From contig NC_092680.1 of NCBI RefSeq assembly GCF_964355755.1, positions 806,001 through 870,000 on the forward strand: a DNA stretch of 64,000 bases, read 5' to 3'. This stretch comes from Antedon mediterranea. Taxonomy: Eukaryota > Animalia > Echinodermata. This document shows positions 45,630 to 57,400 of the stretch, piece after piece (the stretch's first letter is position 1; the number at the start of each line of letters is the position of its first letter). The translations under genes and the position numbers were made by a program. The notes under the pieces were generated by a model. It saw only the letters and a list, made by a program, of their open reading frames with translations, ran no database searches and was not told the DNA's origin.

Positions 45630-48600
45630 TTAGTACTGTAGGTTATCAGCATCATCCTAAAAATAAAGAAAATGTAAATTTAAGAAATTAATAATTAATA
45701 TTATTGGTAGATCAAGTTGAAAAGTATTATATATGTATGTTAAATCACTTTGAACAGTAATTATTAAAAATTATCATCCTATTCTCATCCTGTAAGTGGC
45801 TATTAAAATGTCATATATGACTTAACTTACCTGGTTTAATCTCATCCTGTAAGTGGCTATTAAAATTTCATATATGACTTAACTTACCTGGTTTAATCTC
45901 ATCCTGTAAGTGGCTATTAAAATGTCATATATGACTTAACTTACCGGTTTAATCTCATCCTGTAAGTGGCTATTAAAATGTCATATATGACTTAACTTAA
46001 TGTACCTGGTTTAATTTCCGAAACTCAACAACTTGAGCGAATATGTGCTCCAGAATATGTTTTGCATCTCTTGCGTCTGACGGCAACTTGCTAGAAACTC
46101 CCAAGATTTCACCGCATTCACGCACATAGTACTCAAGATCATCGTCGTTACCTAGATATTAACAGATTGTCATTTCAATGATACTGGTTTAGCTTTCAAT
46201 TACGCTCTATTTACACTAGAAAACTTAATGTGAAAAAGTGATGTGCCCAAATATGGACATGATGATGTCATATCACTACCATATTTGGGTATATCACTAT
46301 CACACTTTTTTTTGTCAAACTTGTTTGATAGTGTAGACAGAGTTTTAAAGTATTCCCATGTTCACTAAGATGCTAGCATAATATCTACTACTTCCTAGCC
46401 ATCAGCGCAATGTCTGTGCTCTACAGGTATAAACACCAGGCTAGTGATCTGGAGGTCGTGGGTCTGAGTACCCCATCCCATGAGAATTGCTTGTAAATTA
46501 TTTTCTAAATTGTTATGTAATTAGTTAGGCAAACACCTGATCAATTAAAAGAAGTTATTATATTACTCATCTATTTCTTGTTACTTACATTTATTTGTTA
46601 TCTGCGCAAGTCTTGATTTCTCAGACGAGAACGCTTCATCAAGATCAAATAGATCAAGTGAAGGTTTCTGTAAACCTTTAAATTCTGGTGGAAAAACCTA
46701 CAAACAAAATATTTAAATAATTACAGGTGGTGGACCATCTAATTACAGGTGGAGGACCATCTAATCACAGGTAGTGGACCATCTTATCACAGGTAGTGGA
46801 CTATCTAATCACAGGTGGTGGACCATCTAATCACAGGTGGTGGACCATCTAATTACAGGTGGTGAACCATCTAATCACAGGTGGTGGATTATCTAATCAC
46901 AGGTGGTGGACTATCTAATCACAGGTGGTGGACCATCTAATTACAGGTGGTGGACCATCTAATTACAGGTGGTGGACTATTTAAATACACTTTACAATTT
47001 AGAAAGTTGGAAACAGAAAACCAGTCAATCGGTTACACAAAATACAATCATTTGGGATGATTCACTATTTATATGGGAAAAAGAATGGTTTAAAGTATTT
47101 ACCGCTGGTTGCATTGCTGGTAGTGGTACCTCAAAGTTAGGTTGTATCAAGGATAACTGACTATGCTTTACATGTAACTGGTCATATGCCCTAAAAAACA
47201 TTAAGCATGGTATAAATAAAAGGAGTGTATTTCCTTCACTGCAAGAAACAATGTTCAAATCAAAATACGATAAAACATTATTGTCATGACCACAACAAGG
47301 CGAACATGAAATTTGTTTTCCTTGATGCTGATATTACACACAAAATACAGACAAATATAACACTTAATAGTAATAATAAACATCAGTGCAATATTTTAAT
47401 ATGTATAAAGACTAATATTAGAAAACGTACATGGTTACAAGAGGGATAAAAAACTTAACTACCTTTGAAATGTTATACAATTGTAATTACCGTTGTGATA
47501 AGAATTAAATCTAACTACATGAATAATAAATATCAAATAAATAATACTAATAATGATAGTACTTACTTGAGTACTTTAGGAACGACTGTTGTGTCTAGTT
47601 TAAAGAGGGTGTCATCAAAAAGAGCGTTCAGATCTCTAGGCGTTTCATCGTTTTCTTGTAGGCATGACCGTAGACGATCAGCTAACTTTGCCGTGTCAGG
47701 TAGCATGTTGTAATCGTTGATCTGAAATAATAAATTATAAGTACAATACAATTACTAATAATACTCATATAGAGAGGCCTATTAATAAAAATACAGTTAA
47801 ATTTATAACAGTCTTGTGAGCTTGAAATTAAGTGGTGACTTTATAACGAATACGACATTTTGATACATGCAACCAATGCACTAGCCGGTCGGTGCACTTC
47901 AAATTGGAATGCAGTCAATGTGGGTTTTGTTTCTTTATTATTTCCGATTTAAAACTCATCTTAAACATACCTCCGGGTCCTCTGCATCTATAGCATTCAG
48001 CGTGATTTCATCGGTGGTGAGCCAGCGGAATATTACATCCATAATCTTGCTGTTTTCCTCTTTATCCAGATACTGATCTTGAAAAATATGAACCGAACCA
48101 ATCACTGCAACTTTGCCTTTAGAAAACTGCAAGATTAAAGAAGTGTACATTGTTGTTATTAGATTGCATTTATTTAACACAGTGCAAGGCACAGTGCTAC
48201 AAAGCTTATTCATATTATCAGCATAGGGGTGGGTGAGGGGGTGGGGGTACATCTCAGTCTTTTCGAAAGAATGGTTGAATTATCATTTTATCAGGCAAAA
48301 GATACATTTACAAAATATAACACAAATCAACAAATTAAACAAACACAAGGAGAAAATATAAAATCATAGTCACTAGCTGCCAGGAAAGCCCAAAAGCAGC
48401 CTAAGCCACTGTCACCAATTAGGTGTGTACCTCCTCAATAACATTATTTGTATGGCGGCAATAATAATTACCTTTGACGAGTGGAATGCACATGTTGGTC
48501 TGTTTAGAGGGAAGCAAACACTACCAGTAGAAAGAACAGCTGTTGCTGATTTGTCCACGTTAAGAGTTGCACCATAAGGATACAAATACGTCAGTGCTCT

Positions 48601-51600
48601 GAAAAAGACAAAAAGTTACATACGTTGAATCATTAAGGAAAGATACTGTTGTGGAAATCAAGTCTGGGTTTCGGAGAGTTTCCAGTTTTCAGAGAGTCAG
48701 GTATTGGGAGAGTCGGCGATATAACACATCACTCTCTTTATTATATTATTTGTCTTATTTTAAATTGCACAGTGATATAATGTACTGAATATTAATTGAT
48801 TAATTTGAAATGATCGTCGTGAGGTGGTTTCCCGAATGATCGTAAAATCAAAACGGTACTGGGTATGACCAACTAGCGTTATTGTCACCGGCTAGTCATC
48901 CATTCATAGAAGTACTAATGTAGTATGTATGAGGAAATCGGTGAGAATGAGAAAAAGCCGTCTCCATCAATCATTACCATAAACACCAAGCGCTCAATTC
49001 CCACAATGCAATAATTTGTCCTGATTAAAGGGTAAAAATGATCAGATATTTGATTTGAATGAGATTATTATTGGAAAGTTTTGAATCAGTTTATCAAATA
49101 ATTATCGGTTAATTTGCGGAAAGATTTCCTTCGTGCCTGAAACTTACTGGGCATGTGCAGAAGAATCTTCTTCGGACATATTTGGTAGTGTCTTTCCTGC
49201 CGCTACACTAAATGCACGATTTAACACTCCATTGGATATCAACGCTTCCTTAGGGTGAAAGTATTTGAAGTAAGATGTGCGAACTGTTGAGTCTAAAAGA
49301 AAACAATTCAAAATTGAAAAAATTAACAATAAAATGTGTATAAATTAAAATTGTGACACATTAATACACTGTGCAATTCTGTAGTGGTTTTGCAAACATA
49401 CTTTGCAATCAATACATTCACAGGTTACAACTTCTGAATTAAGCCTTGTCTGCACTATCAAACTTTATGTGACAACAAAATGTGATGTGCCTATATACAT
49501 GAGTGATGTCATATCACCTACCATTATTTGGGCATATCACTATCATATTTGGGCACATCACACTAGCTTGATAGTGTGGACAGTGTGGTGTGGAAATTAC
49601 AATTCATACAATATCTATAATTTTATTCACAGTTTAATAATTAAATTAAATATTCTAATACTTTATAATCTTACATAGTGCCTCATGTAATTTATAAGAA
49701 AATTAGGAGTGAGGTTGGATTGGTATTATTATTCAATATTCATGGATTAATAAAAATATATTTTAATTTTGTACATTTACTAGTAGTAGTAGTAGTTTAT
49801 TGTTATTTGTCTGTTATTTCTTATTTATTCCATTATTGTTTAAATCTTAAAAGGAAGTAAATAAATGTTACTTTGAATTTGAACTCACCATTATTGACCA
49901 TAATTCCAAAGTATTCCAGTAAAAAGTTGATATTGGTGTCAAACTTGCTTTCTCCTCCTTCTCCCATCAATACTAGTAGGCTTCCTCCTTCTTCTACATA
50001 CTTCTTTATTGCCTCAAACTAAAAAAAAAAATGGGAGAGGATAATGTTATGTGGAATCTACAAAATAATATTGAAATAATATACCGTATATCCTCGAGTA
50101 TAAGCCCACTTTGGGTCTAATCCCACCCCCTACAGTACTTTTTGTCTGATTTTAACAAACATATCCCCAGATATAGTCCCTTATAATATAAATACAGAAT
50201 TTATTAATAAGGAAGTTGCTTATCATTTTTTAGCAGACAACTTTTTTATTGAAATTATAATTTTTTAAATTATATGATTACTGTATTTATTTATTTATTT
50301 ATTTTATTCAATTGAAACCAACAGCGATAATTACCGCCACTAACAGGTTTGATACAAACAAAGCCAGGACTGTTTCAAATAATAGCATGCATTAAATAAC
50401 AATTCATTTAATTTGAGTCATTCCGCAGGACTAAGATGTTGAATAGATGTCTTGTTTGTTTTCATCTGTAGCTTTTTTCATCTTTTTAACGTTTACAAAT
50501 TAATTTTTGTAGGGTGGTTTGGATTTTCTCCCTTCATTTTTTTAAATGTTAAGTGTATTGTACCTCTGGTCCAGTGAACTTTTCCCTCGGACCAGCAATT
50601 ATAAAAACCTTTGAGTTGGCAAGTCTTTCTTCAGTTATTTCATCTTTTTGCCTGAAAATAAAATGAAAAAAAAAATGTTATTCTTATATTTTAAACATAA
50701 AATATTAACAATTGACTGACTAATGAACAATAATTGTTAATGTGCACATTCATGTGTCGGTAAATGTAATCACACAGTATAATGATTCTTTCTATATTTA
50801 ACAAGAATATAGGTGATTTTATTGACAGTCATGTTTTTAATAGGGATCTTTTGATTTAAGAACACTGACAACCAAATTACGTCATGTTAGTTCATCGTGC
50901 GCATGCGTGAATATTTACTCCTCACATCTTTTCTAGCTCCAGACCTACTGTATCACATCGATTGATCTGACCCAGGTTGGTCCTCGGTTGTCGCAAATCA
51001 AAAGCTTCCCTTGCGACATCAGACAAGATTTTACTTTTAAATACTTACACAATTATCTTCCAATTTGATCGTAGCTTCTTGTTGAGACTTTTAAAGCCAT
51101 TGTTGGGTGTGAATATCTCTTTCTTTGAAACGTTAAATACAACAGCTGTCCTTTGACTTTTATCATCCATGTTGTCCTGAATAAACAATCAAAATGTAAT
51201 TTAATTTAAGAAATATTATTAAAGTTTTTATATGTATTTTTAACTTAAAATTACATGCATGGATATATAAACTGATAGCATACCTTACCATCCACAGTAT
51301 GGTCTGCATTTAGATAAAAAAACTGTGGACATAATATGCCTAGGCTAATAATAATATGGCATAATTTAGCACACACAAGTTAACATTATTTGTATTAATA
51401 TTAGAAAACAATTATTAATTTTATACAAATACAATGAAAAACAATCATTTAATTTAATTAAATTTAAATCCAATATTTTAATGCAAGTTTAATAAATGTA
51501 TTATTTTAATATTGTCCTGTTGTTAATGTAGGCTCCTGCTACAGTAGCTTTACATACAAACTGAAAACGTAGTTTATACGACCCTAGCAAGGCTAGGCCA

Positions 51601-51882
51601 TCACATAAAAGGCAAAGGTGTTCCAGCAGGGCACCTCATACCCTCTCTCTCCCCCCACACCACAGACAGTTGTTGCTGTCAGTGTCATTAAAATCCGTTG
51701 CTAGCGACGCCTGAACAGTACTTAGAATTTGTAGTGTAGCAGTTACCAAATTATACGTTTAGCCTACGTTAGAACATTTTAGTACACTCAATGTTCACCT
51801 TATTAATTATGAAACAAAGTGTTAAATACAATACATATATAGTCTAGACAAACAAACTCTTTACCTGTGAAATCGGAGCCAT
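45630..51882 (-). CDS. IFT52: Intraflagellar transport protein 52. Exons (5'->3'): 51882-51865, 51176-51049, 50651-50564, 50018-49889, 49292-49148, 48598-48472, 48126-47971, 47721-47567, 47190-47103, 46697-46589, 46151-46006, 45656-45630
   Basis: Phase-consistent GT-AG exons encoding KKEIFTPNNGFKS, AGPREKFT, KYFHPKEALI, YPYGATL, DQYLDKEENSKIMDV, LFDLDEAFSSEK, QVVEFRKLNQ. The first and last tiny exons are less certain. Confidence 0.95.
45784..46015. repeat. 57-bp tandem, 4 copies, overlapping the IFT52 exon 11 donor
   Basis: CTCATCCTGTAAGTGGCTATTAAAATGTCATATATGACTTAACTTACCTGGTTTAAT. Confidence 0.92.
46203..46344. mobile_element. MITE family A
   Basis: Degenerate TIRs with TTA flanks. Confidence 0.78.
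46718..46980. repeat. 22-bp minisatellite, about 12 copies
   Basis: ACAGGTGGTGGACCATCTAATY. Confidence 0.93.
49442..49583. mobile_element. MITE family A
   Basis: TIRs and core. Confidence 0.75.
51697..51708 (-). promoter_or_regulatory. RFX X-box-like motif in IFT52 intron 1
   Basis: Minus strand GTCGCT-AGCAAC fits GTNRCY-RGYAAC. Confidence 0.5.
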
Positions 51883-52129
51883 CGTTAATTTTGTAATCAC
51901 AAATTATTTCTGCTGCTGGAATCTCTTGTGTAGACTTCACTTCCAGTCGCATTATATAGAAAACACACCACTACTACTGAAACGACTAATAGGTTTACGC
52001 GACTGGAAGTGGAGGCTAAGCACCACATTGCCTTTTTTTATTTTTAACTAGGCTATTCAGTTTTCACACATCGCTTGTTTTATAAACTACAAGTTACTCT
52101 CTATACAATTATACATTTCGCTTTTAATT
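51883..52129. promoter_or_regulatory. Bidirectional promoter region for IFT52 and LTV1
   Basis: Divergent ATGs 247 bp apart; inverted ETS-like motifs at 51931-51950 and 51999-52018. Confidence 0.75.
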
Positions 52130-55100
52130 ATGCCAGTGAGTTGTAATAAATATTTATCAATTTCATTACAAAACCTTTAAGTAGACAGTCTACTACGGGC
52201 TATGAATTTTGTCATTAATCCTAGGCCTACCGAAACCATCATGGACGCATTTGACTTGTGTGATCACAGTGAACCACGGCCGAGCAGTAGAGGAATGAAA
52301 GAAAAGGCTAGGCCTAGAATTTCATCTATAAAAATTAACAGTATACACGTACTTAACTTAAGTTAGCGCTAAGAGATTATCTACTATTATAATTTTTGTT
52401 TTATTAAATGTAAAAGTATAATATTAATAAAATATTTTAAAAAAACAATCATTTCAATCAATGAATGAATGTTTGATATGACCAGCAGGGAGTTGTAAAA
52501 TAATTATTTAACAACTCCCTGATATGACAAACAATTTAAAAATAAAATTGTATTTGGATATTTTTGACCATTTAGGCCTAAAGCTTTGTTCCCACTAGCT
52601 AGGACAGCAGTGTAAGGACGTAAGCCGCACTACTGACCAATAAAAAGTGATTGATTATTCAACTGTCACTTGTGATTGGTCAATTCGCTTGTGCGCACCT
52701 CCTTCTTGCATTGCATCCTAGTAAATGATTAATCTTTTTACTCCATTCTATATGGTTACTTGTTTTCATCCAGGGAAAGAAAAAGAAGAAGTTTATTGAC
52801 AAAAACAAAGCAGTCAGTTTTCATTTGGTGCATCGTAGTCAGAAAGATCCACTGCAAGCTGATGAAGACATCAATAAATTTGTACTGCTTCAAACAGAAA
52901 ATCCTAATGACAAAGTGAGTAAAAGCTGTCTACACTATTAAACTTTAAGTGACAAAAAAATGTGATGTGCCCATATATGGACATGATGGTGTCATATCAC
53001 ACTACCATATTTGAGCATATCACTACCATATTTAGGCACATCACTACCATATTTAGGCACATCACACTTTTTTGTCAAACTTTTTCGATAGTATAGACAG
53101 AGCTTAAAGCAATTGCAGTACGGAACAGACAAAAGGAAACAATATATATATATATATGATTGTTGTGCAAGATGTGTATATTCTTCCATTAACATTAATA
53201 ACTACAGTTTTCATTATAATCAATCTTGTATAGTCAAAAGAAGATTTTAAGAATCGAAAAGAAGAGGAACGTAAATTTGGTGTGTTCTATGATGATGAAT
53301 ACAACTATTTGCAACATCTGAGAAAAACCAAACCTCAAGTGGAGTGGGCAGAGTTTCCCAAGTCAAATGAACAGGTTGAGGTAGTAAAACTTGTGACTTT
53401 ATTGAGTTTTATCGAACCAAGGCAATCTAACAACACTGCGGAGAATATATATATAGTACAGTACTGTTGGAATTTATCGCAGATCAAAGGACCGTTACGG
53501 GTTCCTATCTTGACAAGGAGAGCTCAGTGTCCTGTTGTTAGATTGCCTTGCTCGAACTGATCCCTCTTTACTTAATACTCAAATCACGCTATTAAATCAG
53601 CCAGGATTCTTAACCCAACTTAAATCTATTAATTTAATTTCAGTCCATCCACTCCATTGTTATTTAAAATTTGCCATTCAATCTTTAATTACTTGTGAGG
53701 TTTTTCACAGTATTATTATTATTAGTATTATTGTTATTTTAAAGTTTGTTCCAAAACTACAATTACCACAATCAGTGTTCCCATCAAAAACTGAGGAAGA
53801 TGTAGGATTATTAAATAAAGCAGCACCTATATATGGTAAGTTTAAAATGTATTTAGTAAGCAAAAAGAAAAAACATATAATGTGAGCATAACAGGCAAAT
53901 GCAATAAAATAAAAATACATTTTGACAAAGGTTTTACAGTACTTATATTTGAACCAAAACAAAAATGTTATGTAAAGACAGAAATCCTAAACAGATTGAA
54001 TTTTGTTCTGGATATGACTACAGGAAAAAAAAAAAAAGAAAAATAAAGAAGACATTGGTAAAGATTATGTTAATTTTTAATGCATCCTTTATTTGGTAAT
54101 GATTGTTCAAATGATAAATTACCAACCAGTAACATAAGTGACATTTATATCATAGGTCCTCGTGTAGACTGGGATCCAGACATTGTGGCTGCTTTGGATG
54201 GTGACGCAGATTTTGAAAATCCTGACACCCAGCTTGACGATGACTTTATGCTTCAAGCCATGGCTGATGGGTAATTATTATAGTTACAATTAATAATGTA
54301 TTATTTTACTAATATGGGTTTAACAAGTATTTCACTCTGGTTTCTAAATTCATGTTTTATTTTATCTTATTTCATATTCATACATCATCTAGTCAAATCA
54401 TTCAATGTATTTTGTATATTTATTTTATTCAATCAAACCCAACAGCAATAATTACTGCCACTAACAGGTTTGATACAAATAATTTGTGTTTTAGAGCACC
54501 AGAAGAAGATGATGGTAGTGAAGAAGGCTACGACTCGGATGAATGCTATATGGATGATGAAGAGGGCGACAGATTTGATCCAGACGATATGTTGACATTT
54601 AGATCAGAAGAAACAAAATCACATTTTACAAATTACTCGATGACTTCATCAGTGATTCGACGAAATGAGGGTCTTACGTTTCTAGATGATAAATTTGAGC
54701 AGGTATTATTGATTAAGACAAGCGTTGTAGTAATGTTGCAAAGTACAAGTTTACACTATGACTGATTAAAATGTATTTTCTCGATAAATTGCTACTGATT
54801 TCTACCTTTGAATAAATTTAATAAACTAAAAGTTTTAATTATATTTTAATAGCACTCTTCTGTGTTTGCTTTAAGAAGATGATAATTATCTTTACTAATT
54901 ATTCATGCTTGCTGTTGTAGATTTTTGAACAGTATAATGATATGGAGATTGGTGCGCTGGACCATGACGAGATGGAGGGCCATATCACAACAGATAGTGC
55001 AATTTTAAACCAAGTTTTAAGTGAATTTGAAAAATCTCGGAAAAAACAGTAAGCTACTTTTTGTATGTCTTGTCTTGAAACTGTCAGGAAAACTGATATT

Positions 55101-56177
55101 CAATTCAATTCACCTTCAAGAAATACCAAGTATAAAAAAAATGCTAAAGCATTGTAAAATACATGCCACCAAGCTCATTGCAACTTATTTATCTTGTAGC
55201 ACAGCAACAGATCTAGATGATTCAAAAGATAAAGCAGATGCTAATATTGACTGTGATTCAGATTCTAATGATGAAGAACTTGAAAATGTTGTGGTTGAGC
55301 CACCAAAGGAAAAATGGGACTGTGAATCAATATTGAGTACATACTCAAACTTGTACAACCATCCAAAAACTATAAAAGAACCATCAAAAGTGAGTGATAT
55401 TGTCTTAGTATCACAACTGTACCGATTGCTAGAACTTTACTAAGTACTTGTTTTGTATGTGTGTTTGTATTAAGCTCTGTCTACATTATCAAACTTTATG
55501 TGAAAAAAAATGTGATGTGTCCATATTTGAGCACATCACACTTTTGTTGCAAACTTGTTTGATTGTGTAGATAGACCTTTAGTTGGTTTACATAACAATA
55601 GTAGCAGGATTCTATATAGACTATATATTTTCTATTATCTATTGGTAGAAATCAAACAGGATAAAGCTATCACAGAAGACTGGTATGCCATTAGATGTTC
55701 TAGATAAGAAAGGAGCAACAAAGCAGCAAATGGAGCAGGACACTACAGAAGATGACGACCAGTTAGAACCTTCGGCAGAAATGCTGCAGGCGAGAAAAAA
55801 AGGACAAAAAGAATTAGCTGAGGATAAAAGGCAAAGAAAAGATGTGGTAAAAGCAGAAAGAAGAGTAAGTTTGCAATAGATATAAATACATTATTATCAT
55901 TCATATTTTCTGTTTAAAATATGAGAGAATTGTTGAAGGCACAAGTCAAAGAACTGTTTGTACTTTAGGCAAGATGCTTTACATTCACTACCTCATCTTT
56001 TGGATGAAATGTTAAGTTGTTGTTCAGTTATCTAATGATTTTATCTTCTTTTTACAATTTTAGGAAAGAAGACTGGCGAAGAAAGCCAATAAAATAGCGT
56101 TTAAAGAGGAAGAAAAACGGCAAGAAAAAGTTATTATAAATCTACAACAAAATATGAAAGGCATAAAAATGACATGA
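52130..56177 (+). CDS. LTV1: Protein LTV1 homolog (40S ribosome biogenesis). Exons: 52130-52135, 52774-52914, 53234-53380 (or 53374), 53745-53835, 54156-54270, 54495-54702, 54921-55048, 55200-55389, 55649-55864, 56064-56177
   Basis: MPGKKKKFIDKNKAVSFHLVHRSQKDPL N-terminus, GVFYDDEYNYLQHL, FTNYSMTSSVIRRNEGL, WDCESILSTYSNLYNHP, C-terminal ERRLAKKANKIAFKEEEKRQEK. All junctions GT-AG and in phase. Confidence 0.95.
52924..53104. mobile_element. MITE family A
   Basis: TIRs with a triplicated 21-bp internal unit. Confidence 0.8.
53418..53550. mobile_element. Non-autonomous TIR element family C (P-element-like ends)
   Basis: TIR CAAGGCAATCTAACAACA...TGTTGTTAGATTGCCTTG; 7-bp flanks ATCGAAC/CTCGAAC. 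Confidence 0.65.
55473..55578. mobile_element. MITE family A
   Basis: TIRs with TTA flanks. Confidence 0.78.
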
Positions 56178-56498
56178 AAACAAACAAAACATTTTTATAT
56201 GATGTATTTTATCAATATAAGAAATGCCATGGTTGATTGCATCTCATGTGTTCCTGTATGATTAGCCTCGCGCATTTCAGTCGCTATCATTGCCCATCTA
56301 ATCAAGATATCTTTGATTTGACTGTAGGCAGATTCAAAGCCAAATATGAATAGAATGAGAGAGCATCACAGAATGAAGTTGTTCACTAAACACTAACTGC
56401 AAAGTAGCAACTTAATTCAATATAATCACTATTTGTAGTTTTAAGGCTTTGGGAGAGGTTATTTACAGTGGCATATCCAAGGTTTAAAGTGATGAATC

Positions 56499-56631
56499 TT
56501 GACTGACCATGCCTACCTCGGCCATACCATGTTGACTGACCATGCTTACCTCGGCCATACCATGTTGACTGACCATGCTTACCTCGGCCATACCATGTTG
56601 ACTGACCATGCTTACCTCGGCCATACCATGT
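56499..56631. repeat. 33-bp tandem, 4 copies, inside a hAT-like MITE (56466-56711)
   Basis: TTGACTGACCATGCTTACCTCGGCCATACCATG; flanking CAGTGGCATAT...ATATGCCATTG. Confidence 0.85.
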
Positions 56632-57214
56632 TTGGGGCTAACAGTTTAACAGTTTTACTGCTGTCAAATGCCTGGGAAATGACACCCAAGCATCCTGTGA
56701 ATATGCCATTGAATTACATTTAAATACCAATGTTGTTTGTCTGCATTACTTTTAAATGGAATACTTATGCCTCAATAGGGCTACAATTGTAGCTGCATTA
56801 TTTTTAAATGGAATACTTATGCCTCGATGGGGCTACAATTGTAGCTTTTAAAAACAAAACTTTGCAATAATGTGTAGGATAAAATTTATTTAAGATTTTG
56901 TAAAATTACAAATTTTATCTGTGGCTTAACACATTTTGCAACCAAGATATAATTAAAATATATACTGGATATTTCAGATTTTCATAAATAAAACAATTAC
57001 ACTGATGTATTGATTTTTGCCATAATACAGTATATTTATTCAGCCACTGAATAAATATACTGTATTATTGTAAGAGTCATTCGTTTTGTGTAGAGGCCTG
57101 AAAGTCTGTCCTTTACCTTTCAATCAATGTATTTGCTTTTTCTTGAATTTATAAGACAATAAACAATAATATCCTATGCGACTCCAAATTTACCGTGCAG
57201 AATGCACTTATCTT

Positions 57215-57400
57215 TTCGCAAGATACTTTACTTACATTTGCCTCTCTCCACCCAGGTGTATAAATGGGTATCACAAACACACAACTTTGTGCTGATTACT
57301 AGCTGCATTATGGGAGTATACATACATGTTTGATCCAAAAACTGGCCAGGGTCATAATGTGCAGTGCATTGAGAGCTTGCTTATATGCACTATATGAAAC
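57215..57400 (+). mobile_element. CORE-SINE-like relic
   Basis: GCAAGATACTTTACTTACATTTGCCTCTCTCCACCCAGGTGTATAAATGGG resembles the CORE domain as recalled; L2-like 3' tail. Confidence 0.5.
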
